A DNA stretch of 52,219 nucleotides. Source: Pseudobdellovibrionaceae bacterium. Lineage in GTDB: Bacteria > Bdellovibrionota > Bdellovibrionia > Bdellovibrionales > Bdellovibrionaceae. Below, in pieces: positions 19,731 through 28,453 of this stretch (positions are counted from its first letter, which is position 1; every line of letters begins with the position of its first letter). Position numbers and translations under genes: made by a program. The stretch is from NCBI GenBank assembly GCA_041987885.1, contig JBHIVS010000001.1:1-52219 (forward strand), written 5' to 3'. The notes under the pieces are model-generated. The model did no database searches. It saw only the letters and a list, made by a program, of their open reading frames with translations, and was not told the origin of the DNA.

Positions 19731-19826
19731 ATGCACTTGCAATTCTTGATATGTTTTTTTGCGATTTCATTTGTAATTTGCGTAGCGTTCGCAATTGCGG
19801 GAATTTTCAAATTACTAGTTCAGTAA
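19731..19826 (+). CDS. 31-aa hydrophobic peptide
   Basis: MHLQFLICFFAISFVICVAFAIAGIFKLLVQ; weak SD. Confidence 0.3.
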   Translation: MHLQFLICFFAISFVICVAFAIAGIFKLLVQ

Positions 19827-19870
19827 TTCCAACCACTTACAGATTTAAACTTGTAAAAAGTGGAGTTTTT

Positions 19871-19940
19871 TGAACTGTTCGATATTTTCGAATAGTTCGA
19901 CTGCTTGCAATGAACTGTCTGGAGTTTCCGGATAGTTCGA
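19871..19940 (+). repeat. Two tandem 30-bp imperfect palindromes with a 10-bp spacer
   Basis: TGAACTGTTCGATATTTTCGAATAGTTCGA and TGAACTGTCTGGAGTTTCCGGATAGTTCGA. Confidence 0.85.
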
Positions 19941-19941
19941 G

Positions 19942-19971
19942 TTATCCACATAATTTTTAGAGTTATTCACA
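19942..19971 (+). promoter_or_regulatory. DnaA-box pair upstream of endolysin
   Basis: TTATCCACA (perfect) and TTATTCACA, direct orientation, 21 bp apart. Confidence 0.65.
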
Positions 19972-20030
19972 TCCAAAAAAATAATAAAAAATAATTTTGC
20001 GCCCTTGATAAAAATATGTCGGGGGTGTTT

Positions 20031-20807
20031 ATGGATAAGAAATTAGCCGATCATTTGTGGACCGCAAGATGGGCGATAACGAATAACAAAAAAGAAGTCG
20101 CTTACGAGGAAGTAACTAAGGCATTGGTTCATATCGGAGCGGAGGGCTCTGTTGAAGTTGACAGACCGACGATTACTCCGCCAGTCATTGAAGAGCCTAA
20201 ATTTACAGAGCCTGCAATTGTCTATGTAAAAGGCGTTAAATTTGATGACGACGGCGAATATCAAACTCAATCAAAAAAATTTAGTGGTTTAGTAGTTCAT
20301 CACACAGTTTCAAATAGATCTGCTGCTAGTGCAAAATCTGTATTGAATTGGTTAGCTTCAAAAAATTGGGGCTGCATGGTTATGGATGAAAATGGTGTCA
20401 TTTATGTGCCAGAAGGATGGGATTTCTTTAAAAAGAGAAATGATCATGCGGGTAACTCGAAATGGGATGGCCTTACTTCAGTATCTCGATTCTTCGCAGG
20501 TATTGAAATTTGTAATTGGGGCTTAGAGCAAGGCAAAGGCGGCATTTATCGCGAAGTCACAACTAAGCAAGGCTATGTTGTCGCGGGTAACTATCAAGCA
20601 TTCACAGAGGCACAAGAAAAAGCCCTTATCAATTTTATCTTATGGGCTAAATCTAAAAATCCTGAATTTAATTTAGACAACGTAGTCGGGCACGATGAGT
20701 TGAGACGTGAATTTGGAAAGCTTGGCGATAAGCAAGATCCAGGCGGATCACTATCTATGCCTATGCCTGAATTCAGAAAGCACATAAAAGAGCTTTGGAA
20801 TAAGTAA
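20031..20807 (+). CDS. Endolysin, N-acetylmuramoyl-L-alanine amidase (amidase_2)
   Basis: LVVHHT, HAG.S.W, GIEICNWG, FTEAQ, VVGHDE, KQDPGG; start 20031 after GGGGG SD (track start 20016). Confidence 0.85.
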   Translation: MDKKLADHLWTARWAITNNKKEVAYEEVTKALVHIGAEGSVEVDRPTITPPVIEEPKFTEPAIVYVKGVKFDDDGEYQTQSKKFSGLVVHHTVSNRSAASAKSVLNWLASKNWGCMVMDENGVIYVPEGWDFFKKRNDHAGNSKWDGLTSVSRFFAGIEICNWGLEQGKGGIYREVTTKQGYVVAGNYQAFTEAQEKALINFILWAKSKNPEFNLDNVVGHDELRREFGKLGDKQDPGGSLSMPMPEFRKHIKELWNK

Positions 20808-20992
20808 TGCCTAACAAATCAATCGACCAAATCAGAATCGAGGAGCTTCACACATTAAGTGAGGCTCTGAAATGTTTTGAAATGGCAAACATTTTAGATT
20901 CTCAACGGATGCGCATTTTGTTCCAAGAAATGCAGAGGCTTTATATTAAGGTGCAAGATGAGATTCGCGAAAAAACAAATTACGCGGAGTAA
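20807..20992 (+). CDS. Phage hypothetical protein
   Basis: TAATG coupling. Confidence 0.5.
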   Translation: MPNKSIDQIRIEELHTLSEALKCFEMANILDSQRMRILFQEMQRLYIKVQDEIREKTNYAE

Positions 20993-21317
20993 ATACGGCA
21001 ACAAGCGAACAAAAGTAGGAGACCTTACTTTCGATTCGCGCAAGGAAGCTCGGTACTACAATTTTCTTTTAGCTTTGCAGGAGCAAGGAAAGATCCATTC
21101 TTTGCGTTGTCAGGTGCCGTTTAGTTTTACGATTAACGGCGAGGCTATGAGAAATCCCGACACAAATCGAGTGATCAAATACGTCGCAGACTTTGAGTAT
21201 TTCACGAGCGAAGGTGAGCGCAAGGTCGTGGACGTAAAGGGATTTAAGACAGATATTTATAAAATCAAAAAAGCGCTGATGCTAGCTTGTAACGGAATAT
21301 TGATAGAAGAAATCTAA
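20958..21317 (+). CDS. DUF1064 family PD-(D/E)xK nuclease (resolvase-like)
   Basis: SKYGNK, FDSRKEARYY, YVADFEY, VVDVKGFKT..YKIKK. Confidence 0.9.
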   Translation: MRFAKKQITRSKYGNKRTKVGDLTFDSRKEARYYNFLLALQEQGKIHSLRCQVPFSFTINGEAMRNPDTNRVIKYVADFEYFTSEGERKVVDVKGFKTDIYKIKKALMLACNGILIEEI

Positions 21318-21407
21318 AAGGCGGCGACTCGACTGCTAGGTGTGCGCACACGCGGGAGCTGCCTTAAGGCTTACGACGTCGCTGATTAAAGCGTGATATA
21401 GAAAAAA

Positions 21408-21620
21408 TTAACTTTCAACTAAATCAATCGCCTTCACTAGCATTTTCTGCAAGTCCCTTCCAAACTGCGATTTTGTTTCGCCTTGGATCTTGTCATATTT
21501 TTCCTTGTAGCAACTAGGCACCCATATCGTAATAGCTTTTTTGCTAATAGCTTCAGAAGCCTTGGCTTTATAGTATTCTTTAAAAGATAGGTCTACGATT
21601 TCGTCTAATTTTTCATGCAT
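21408..21620 (-). CDS. Small putative DNA-binding regulator (ribbon-helix-helix-like), divergent from terminase
   Basis: ITIWVP strand followed by two helices; TACCAT-N6-ATG, no SD. Confidence 0.5.
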   Translation of the reverse strand: MHEKLDEIVDLSFKEYYKAKASEAISKKAITIWVPSCYKEKYDKIQGETKSQFGRDLQKMLVKAIDLVES

Positions 21621-21640
21621 GGGTTAATGGTATCGGATAA

Positions 21641-21672
21641 TAAAGCTTTAATAAAATTAAAAGTAGATTAAA
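21641..21672 (+). promoter_or_regulatory. 32-bp late-gene upstream element, copy 1
   Basis: TAAAGCTTTAATAAAATTAAAAGTAGATTAAA, 28/32 identical to 23600-23631. Confidence 0.7.
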
Positions 21673-21698
21673 GCGGCGCGACTACTATCTTTATATTT

Positions 21699-22154
21699 AT
21701 GAGTGAAGAAAAAAGACCGATTGGCAGACCTTCTAAATATAAACCAGAATACTGCGAACAACTTATCGAGCACATGGCAAGCGGACTTTCCTACGAGAGC
21801 TTTGCAGGTGAGTTACAAATTGCAAAGCAAGTTCTTTACGATTGGGAAAAAGCTCATCCTGATTTTCTAGACGCCAAAGAAATTGCGTTTAATAGAAATC
21901 GCACGTTTTGGGAAAAACTCGGCATTGAGCATATCATAAATAAATCTGATTCTGAATCTCTAGGCGATGGCGTTAGCTCGTCCAAATCACGTTCTCTTAA
22001 CGCTTCTGTTTGGATTTTCAACATGAAAAATCGCTTTAAGTGGCGTGATCGCCAGCCAGATGAGACCGATGTTGTAGTCAATAATCTATCACAAGCAAAT
22101 GATGATGAGCTTCAAAAGTTACTTGATGAAAAACTAAAAGAGCTAGGGAAGTAA
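21699..22154 (+). CDS. terS: Terminase small subunit
   Basis: GRPSKYKPEYCEQ, LYDWEKAHPDFLDA, WIFNMKNRFKW; directly upstream of terL. Confidence 0.85.
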   Translation: MSEEKRPIGRPSKYKPEYCEQLIEHMASGLSYESFAGELQIAKQVLYDWEKAHPDFLDAKEIAFNRNRTFWEKLGIEHIINKSDSESLGDGVSSSKSRSLNASVWIFNMKNRFKWRDRQPDETDVVVNNLSQANDDELQKLLDEKLKELGK

Positions 22155-23602
22155 TGAGCGAGGTCCGCGAAGCTTTAGCTATTATTGAAGAAATAGAGCG
22201 ACGAAAGCGTGAGAATAAAATCCGCTCTTATTATCCCGACACTGGAAAACTTGCGCGTGAGTTTTACAAAAAGCACATGGCGTTTTTTGCGGCTGGTAGT
22301 GAGTACAATGAGCGGTTAATGCTAGCGGCGAATCGTGTTGGGAAAACCGAAGGCGTTGGTGCCTATGAAGTGACTCTGCACTTAACAGGTGATTATCCTA
22401 TCTGGTGGCCTGGCAGACGCTTTAATAAGGCAACAGAGGGCTGGGCTGCGGGCGATAGCTTAGAAACTGTGCGCGATATTATCCAAAATAAACTTCTAGG
22501 GAAATTAGAAGATGTCGGCACAGGGATGATTCCTAAAGATAAAATCCATTCCGTTACGCGCAGAACAGGCAAAGCGGAAATGGTTGATACGATTTACGTT
22601 AGGCATAAATCAGGCGGCATTAGCTCACTTGCTTTGAAATCATATGATCAAGGTCGTAAATCATTCCAAGGAACAAAGAAAGATTTTCTATGGCTAGATG
22701 AAGAGCCACCGTTAGATATTTACACTGAGTGTTTGCTCCGTACGATGGACACGTCAGGCGATGAAAACTCAACCAATGGTCTAATGATTCTGACATTTAC
22801 ACCGCTTTCAGGAATGTCTGAAACTGTTTTATCTTTTTTGCCAAATGGTGAAGTGAAGGAAGAAATCAGAGAAAATAAATATGTCGTCATGGCATCATGG
22901 GATGACGTGCCTCATTTAACCAAAGAGGCGAAAGACCTTTTGTGGGCCTCTATTCCGCCGCACCAGCGAGATGCGAGGTCTAAAGGTATCCCTGCACTTG
23001 GATCTGGTGCGATTTACCCGGTTACTGAATCTGACATCTTTGTCGATGATTTTGCAATACCAGATCACTGGCCTAGAGCTTACGGCTTAGACGTTGGCTG
23101 GAATAGAACTGCGTGCGCTTGGGGTGCATTAGATAAAGAGTCGGATATTTTATACGTCTACTCAGAACACTATCGCGGACAAGCCGAAGCATCGATTCAT
23201 GCTGAGAGTATTAAATCTCGTGGTGATTGGATACCAGGTGTTATTGATCCAGCCTCAAGGGGACGCGCTCAAGCTGACGGCAAGCAATTACTGCAAATGT
23301 ATATTGATTTAGGTCTTGATATAGATGTCGCTAACAACGCGGTTGAGTCTGGAATTTACGAAGTATGGCAGAGGATGTCTACAGGTCGCCTGAAAATATT
23401 CAATTCATGCTCTAACATTAAGGCAGAGTTTAGATTGTACCGCCGCGATGATAAAGGGCGCATTGTAAAAGAATCAGATCACTTAATGGATGCGCTTAGG
23501 TATTTAGTTATGTCTGGCATCTTGCGTGCGAAAACTAAAGAGAAGAAAAAGCCAAAAAGCGGCTACCATTATGGAATAACTGCGGATTCATGGATGAGTT
23601 AA
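22154..23602 (+). CDS. terL: Terminase large subunit (P22 gp2-like)
   Basis: AANRVGKT Walker A, WLDEEPP Walker B, LTFTPL.G, GLDVGW, DHLMDALRY. Confidence 0.95.
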   Translation: MSEVREALAIIEEIERRKRENKIRSYYPDTGKLAREFYKKHMAFFAAGSEYNERLMLAANRVGKTEGVGAYEVTLHLTGDYPIWWPGRRFNKATEGWAAGDSLETVRDIIQNKLLGKLEDVGTGMIPKDKIHSVTRRTGKAEMVDTIYVRHKSGGISSLALKSYDQGRKSFQGTKKDFLWLDEEPPLDIYTECLLRTMDTSGDENSTNGLMILTFTPLSGMSETVLSFLPNGEVKEEIRENKYVVMASWDDVPHLTKEAKDLLWASIPPHQRDARSKGIPALGSGAIYPVTESDIFVDDFAIPDHWPRAYGLDVGWNRTACAWGALDKESDILYVYSEHYRGQAEASIHAESIKSRGDWIPGVIDPASRGRAQADGKQLLQMYIDLGLDIDVANNAVESGIYEVWQRMSTGRLKIFNSCSNIKAEFRLYRRDDKGRIVKESDHLMDALRYLVMSGILRAKTKEKKKPKSGYHYGITADSWMS

Positions 23603-23631
23603 AGCTTTAATTTTATTAAAATTAGATTAAA
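23600..23631 (+). promoter_or_regulatory. 32-bp late-gene upstream element, copy 2
   Basis: TAAAGCTTTAATTTTATTAAAATTAGATTAAA. Confidence 0.7.
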
Positions 23632-23657
23632 ATTATTTGCCTGCGACAATCAAAGTC

Positions 23658-25835
23658 GTGGAAGAAACTAAAAAAAATCAAAAAAAAGATGTTGTTAGTT
23701 TAGCAAAAGAGAGATTTAAAGCAGCACTTGATGCGCAGAAAAACTCTCGACTTGAGTTTGAAAAGGACCTTGATTTTAAGGTCGGCCAGCAATGGGATGA
23801 AAAACTTAAGCGTGATCGACAAAGCGAGGGCCGTCCCTGCTTAACCGTTAATCGCATTCCACAATTTACAAATCAGATCATTAACGACATTCGACAAAGC
23901 CGTCCGGCGCTAAAAGTTTATCCTGTCGATGATAAAGCCGATATTGAAACGGCTAAAATCCTCCAAGGATTGCTTAGGCATATCGAGTACAACTCAGGCG
24001 CCGATGTTGCTTACGATACGGCAGCATCAAGTGCTGTTGACGTTGGCTTAGGATATTTCAGAGTTTACACAGAATACGTTAGCCCAACATCGTTCGATCA
24101 AAGAGTTAAGATCGGAAAAATTGATAATGTTTTTAGTGTTGCTCTAGATCCAAATTCGTCCGAGCCAGATGGGTCCGATGCTGAGTACGGTTTTATTTTT
24201 ACCGACATGGCAAAATCTGAGTTTAAGCGTAAATATCCTAAAACAAAAGTCTGTGAAGATAGTCGTTGGGAAGATTTAGAATCTCAACGCGATGACGATT
24301 GGATCAAAAAAGATGTCGTTCGCATTGCGGATTATTTCGTAAAAGAATACTCAAAAGAAACTTTAGTTTTGTTATCTAATGGCCAAGCGGTATTAGAAAA
24401 TGAAATGGAAAGATATTTGGCCGAGCTTTATGCGCAAGATCCAACTTTTCAAGGTCTGATCACTGTTAAAGATTCACGCGAAACTATAGTGCCAAAAGTA
24501 ATGCAGTATAAAATTGCAGGCGATGAGGTGCTAGAAAGCACAGAATTTCCAGCGCCTTTTATCCCGATCATTCCTGTTTATGGGAGTGTTGTAAATATTA
24601 AGGGCGAGAAACATATCTACGGCATTATTCGTTTCGCTCGCGATCCACAAACTATGTATAACATCTGGGTTTCTGCTGAGACTGAGGCCATTGCATTATC
24701 TCCGAAAGCTCCGTTTGTCGGTGTTGAGGGGCAGTTTGAGGGCTTTGAAGCTAAATGGGCAACGGCTAACGTAAAGACGCACGCTTATTTAGAATACAAG
24801 CCAATCAGCGTTGCTGGATCACCAGCACCGCCGCCACAAAGAAATACCTACGAGCCAGCTATTGCCGCAATCACTCAAGCCCGCATGGGCGCAAGTGAGG
24901 ACATGAAAGCAACAACTGGCATTTATGATGCCGCACTAGGGGCTAGGTCAAACGAAACATCAGGCATTGCTATTCGTGGCCGTCAGGCTCAAGCCCAAAC
25001 TTCCAACTACCATTTCAGTGACAATTTAATGCGCTCTATTCGCCACCTTGGGAAAATCATCATGTGCATGATCCCGAAAGTTTACGACACAGCTAGGATT
25101 GAAAGAATCATGGGCGAGGATGGATCAGAAGAGCTTGTTCATCTAAATAAAGAAGTCATTAAAAACGGCAAGCTTCAAATATTCGATGTTACCGTTGGTG
25201 AGTATGATGTGGCAGTTGAGACTGGGCCAAGCTTTGCGACTAAACGTCAAGAAGCTGTTGCTTCGATTATGGATTTTATCAGAGCTTATCCGCAAGCGGC
25301 GCAAGTCGTGGGGGATTTGTTAGTTAAGAACATGGACTGGCCTGAGGCTAAAGAGATTGCTGATCGCTTAAAGAAAACAATCCCAGCGCATTTATTAGGT
25401 GAAGGAAATGAACTGCCTCCGCAAGCTCAGGCGCAAATCGCACAAATGCAGCAATCTCTGCAAATCCTCCAAGGTCAACTTCAGGCCGCAACAATGAAAA
25501 TTCAAACAAAAGAGCTAGAGATCAAATCTCGTGAGAGAATCGAGGCGGCGAAACTAGAAACTGATTTGATTAAAGAGCAAATGAAGATTTCTAGCGACTA
25601 CAACTCTCTTGAAGTGCAACGACAAATCGCTGAGCTAAATGCGATTCAACATCAAGAGATGCTCGCAATCGAGCAAGCTCGTCAAGCTGAGCTGCAAAGA
25701 CAAATCGAACAAGAACAAATGAATCAACAAAATTACGAAGCTGAAGGGCAAGAGATGTTTACGGACGCGCAAATGCCTCAAATGCCTTTTGGTTTTGATC
25801 CAAACAACAACCCTATCGGTGGGTTCACCGAGTAA
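23658..25835 (+). CDS. Portal protein (P22-like)
   Basis: GQQW, RPCLTVN, IPIIPVYG, RDPQ.MYN, NETSG.AI, GEYDV.V.TGPSF.TKRQE; Q-rich C-terminal barrel; GTG 23658 preferred to TTG 23637. Confidence 0.92.
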   Translation: MEETKKNQKKDVVSLAKERFKAALDAQKNSRLEFEKDLDFKVGQQWDEKLKRDRQSEGRPCLTVNRIPQFTNQIINDIRQSRPALKVYPVDDKADIETAKILQGLLRHIEYNSGADVAYDTAASSAVDVGLGYFRVYTEYVSPTSFDQRVKIGKIDNVFSVALDPNSSEPDGSDAEYGFIFTDMAKSEFKRKYPKTKVCEDSRWEDLESQRDDDWIKKDVVRIADYFVKEYSKETLVLLSNGQAVLENEMERYLAELYAQDPTFQGLITVKDSRETIVPKVMQYKIAGDEVLESTEFPAPFIPIIPVYGSVVNIKGEKHIYGIIRFARDPQTMYNIWVSAETEAIALSPKAPFVGVEGQFEGFEAKWATANVKTHAYLEYKPISVAGSPAPPPQRNTYEPAIAAITQARMGASEDMKATTGIYDAALGARSNETSGIAIRGRQAQAQTSNYHFSDNLMRSIRHLGKIIMCMIPKVYDTARIERIMGEDGSEELVHLNKEVIKNGKLQIFDVTVGEYDVAVETGPSFATKRQEAVASIMDFIRAYPQAAQVVGDLLVKNMDWPEAKEIADRLKKTIPAHLLGEGNELPPQAQAQIAQMQQSLQILQGQLQAATMKIQTKELEIKSRERIEAAKLETDLIKEQMKISSDYNSLEVQRQIAELNAIQHQEMLAIEQARQAELQRQIEQEQMNQQNYEAEGQEMFTDAQMPQMPFGFDPNNNPIGGFTE

Positions 25836-25851
25836 AACCATAGGAGCTTAA

Positions 25852-26826
25852 ATGCCTATTGATGACATTGTTTCTGAAGGATATTCAAACCTAGAGGCTG
25901 CACCAGAGGCAGCGAAGCCTAGTGTTGATACTAAGGAAACTAAAGAAGAAATCTCTGTGCCTGCGCCAGATGCAAGCAAAACCACTAAAGAGTCAGAGGC
26001 TTTAGAAAACGATAGTGACATGAACGATGATGATTCAAGCGATGACTCCACGGATGAAGAGTCGATTGATAATCAGTCTGGAAAGTCCAAGAAATCACGC
26101 GGTATCGAAAAAAGGATTAAGAAGCTAACGAAAGCTCAAGCTGAGCTTCGCGCTGAAAATCAATACCTTAAAGAGCAAGCAATGCGCTTTCAACAAATGC
26201 AGAGTCAACCTGCGCAAGTCTCTAGCGAGACACAAAAGACGCAAGCGAATTATGGTAATGATGGCAAACCTAATCCTGATGATTTTGAAACAAATGCGGA
26301 TTATGTGGACGCTTTAACAGAGTGGCGCTTTGAGCAAGCAGATAAGGCTCGGGCGGCAAAAGCACAAGCTGAAGCTAGCAATAATGCTTTTAATGCAAGA
26401 CTTCAAAAGCATGAGGGACGGGTAAACGAGTTAAAGGCTCAAGTGCAAGACTATGATCTTGTCTACAATGAGTTTATTAGCGAGCACCCGAACGTGAAAG
26501 TTAGCCAAGCGGTTGCTGACATGGTTTTGGAGTCGGATATTTCCGCTCACATCTCCTATGAGCTGTTTAAAAATCCAGATCTTTTAATCAATTTATCTAA
26601 GATGAACGAGACCCAAGCGGCTCGCGAGATTGGAAAAATTGAGAGTCGTTTAGAGCGCACAATCGAAGAGCGTAAAAAACAAACAAAAACAATAACTAAA
26701 TCTAATGCTCCGGCACCGTTAGGCATCATCAACTCATCTAATGCGGGGGCTGCAATTCAAAAAAGCCTCAATGAGATGACGGCAGATGAATACATTGCCT
26801 ATAGGGCTGAGCAAAGAAAAAGATAA
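25852..26826 (+). CDS. Scaffolding protein
   Basis: Acidic N-terminus, KRIKKLT, KP.PDDF...DY.DAL..W, AAREIGKIE; between portal and coat. Confidence 0.8.
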   Translation: MPIDDIVSEGYSNLEAAPEAAKPSVDTKETKEEISVPAPDASKTTKESEALENDSDMNDDDSSDDSTDEESIDNQSGKSKKSRGIEKRIKKLTKAQAELRAENQYLKEQAMRFQQMQSQPAQVSSETQKTQANYGNDGKPNPDDFETNADYVDALTEWRFEQADKARAAKAQAEASNNAFNARLQKHEGRVNELKAQVQDYDLVYNEFISEHPNVKVSQAVADMVLESDISAHISYELFKNPDLLINLSKMNETQAAREIGKIESRLERTIEERKKQTKTITKSNAPAPLGIINSSNAGAAIQKSLNEMTADEYIAYRAEQRKR

Positions 26827-26836
26827 GGATTAAATC

Positions 26837-28051
26837 ATGGCAAACGCTATTAACACAGGCGATATTATCGCAAAAGAAGCACTAGCGATTATTGAAAATC
26901 AGCTAGTAATTTCAAAAAACATCAACCGCGAATACAAAAAAGAGTGGGATAAGAAACGTGATTTCTCTATCGGAGATCAAATCACAGTAACTAAACCAGC
27001 TCGTTTTGTTGGTCGTAATGGTAAAACTGCGTCAATCGAAGACTACAAAGAGGAACCAGTTACTATCAAGCTAGATAAGCAAATCGGTGTCGATGTTTCT
27101 TTCGACTCAGCCGAGCTTGTAACTGATTTTAACATCGATCATTTCTCTGAAAAAGTATTGAAGCCACAAGTTTCTTTCCTTGCTAATCAGATTGACCTTG
27201 AAGTTTCTAAGTTAGCTCTTAGCGTAGCAAATGCAGTCGGTACGCCTGGAACAACTCCAACGGCTCTTAAAACATACCTTCAAGCTGGTGCGAAGCTTTC
27301 AAACTTCGGTGCTCCAACTTCTGATCGCGGTATCGTTTTGAATCCTTTGGCACAAGTTGAAATTGTTGATGGTCTTAAAGGTCTTTTCAACTCTACAACT
27401 CAAATCAAGTCTCAATACGAAGATGGTGCAATGGGTAGAGCGGCTGGTTTTGACTGGGCAATGTCTCAATCAATCCACACTCACACAGTAGGACCTTTGG
27501 GTGGAACTCCGCTTGTTAATGGTGCAGCTCAAACTGGATCTTCACTTGTGACAGATGGTTGGACTGCGGCTGCGGCTTTACGTCTTAACAAAGGTGACGT
27601 TTTCACGATTGCGGATGTTTATGCGGTTAATCCGATCACTAAGCAATCAACTGGCGAATTACAGCAGTTTGTTGTAACTGAGAACGCGTCATCATCTGCG
27701 GCGGGTGCTGCGACTATCTCAATCTCGCCTGCAATCGTAACAACTGGCCCAACTAAAAACGTAAGTGCGGCGCCTGCTGATAATGCGGCAATCACTGTTT
27801 TGGGTGTGGCTAACACTGTTACTCCGATCAACCTTGCATACCACAAAGAGGCATTTGCTCTAGTAACTGCTGACCTTCCATTGCCAAAAGGTATGGAAAT
27901 CGCAGGACGTGCAGCATCTCCTAAGACTGGTATCTCTGTTCGTTTCGTTCGTGGTTATGACATCAATTCAGATAAATTCATCTCTCGTTTAGATGTTTTA
28001 TTTGGTTGCGCTGTTCTTCGCCAAGAATGGGCTTGCCGAGTTCAAGGTTAG
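26837..28051 (+). CDS. Major capsid protein (P22 gp5-like)
   Basis: IAKEAL, IGD.I.V.KP, LANQID, GDVFTIA.V.AVNP, NLAYHK.AF.L...DL, RLDVLFG. Confidence 0.92.
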   Translation: MANAINTGDIIAKEALAIIENQLVISKNINREYKKEWDKKRDFSIGDQITVTKPARFVGRNGKTASIEDYKEEPVTIKLDKQIGVDVSFDSAELVTDFNIDHFSEKVLKPQVSFLANQIDLEVSKLALSVANAVGTPGTTPTALKTYLQAGAKLSNFGAPTSDRGIVLNPLAQVEIVDGLKGLFNSTTQIKSQYEDGAMGRAAGFDWAMSQSIHTHTVGPLGGTPLVNGAAQTGSSLVTDGWTAAAALRLNKGDVFTIADVYAVNPITKQSTGELQQFVVTENASSSAAGAATISISPAIVTTGPTKNVSAAPADNAAITVLGVANTVTPINLAYHKEAFALVTADLPLPKGMEIAGRAASPKTGISVRFVRGYDINSDKFISRLDVLFGCAVLRQEWACRVQG

Positions 28052-28071
28052 TAAAAAGTTTGATGACTTTC

Positions 28072-28102
28072 CTAGTGGGGGCCTTGTGCCCTCGCTAGTT
28101 TT
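28072..28102 (+). terminator. Probable terminator after capsid gene
   Basis: CTAGTGGGGGC-CTTGT-GCCCTCGCTAG-TTTT. Confidence 0.55.
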
Positions 28103-28135
28103 AAATTTGTTAAAACAAGATTAAAGAGAGGCGAA

Positions 28136-28453
28136 ATGGAACAATATCCTAAGTGGATTTACCACAAAACTATCCCTGCAAAGATTGTCGAAACTAAAGA
28201 GGATCACGATGCGCAAGGGCCAGAGTGGAAAGAAACACCTTTTGTTATCAGTGAAGAACAGATCGCGGCGTCCGATGAACAGACGGCAGATAAAGCCGAA
28301 GGCGAACAAAGAAAAGCGCCAATTAAGGAAGCTGACTTCACAAAAATGAAAGTATCCGAGCTAAAAGCGTACTTGATTGAAAATGGCGTTGCGGCTGAGG
28401 AAGTCGATAGCCTAAAAAAAGATGAATTGATTGCTAAAATCGGGAGTCTATAA
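28136..28453 (+). CDS. Phage protein with C-terminal HeH/Rho-N-like domain
   Basis: YPKWIYH N-terminus; FTKMKVSELKAYL...LKKDELIA. Confidence 0.65.
   Translation: MEQYPKWIYHKTIPAKIVETKEDHDAQGPEWKETPFVISEEQIAASDEQTADKAEGEQRKAPIKEADFTKMKVSELKAYLIENGVAAEEVDSLKKDELIAKIGSL

Noticed and set aside
19871-19940. Mini CRISPR array
   Set aside because: Only two divergent repeats, a 10-bp spacer and no cas genes
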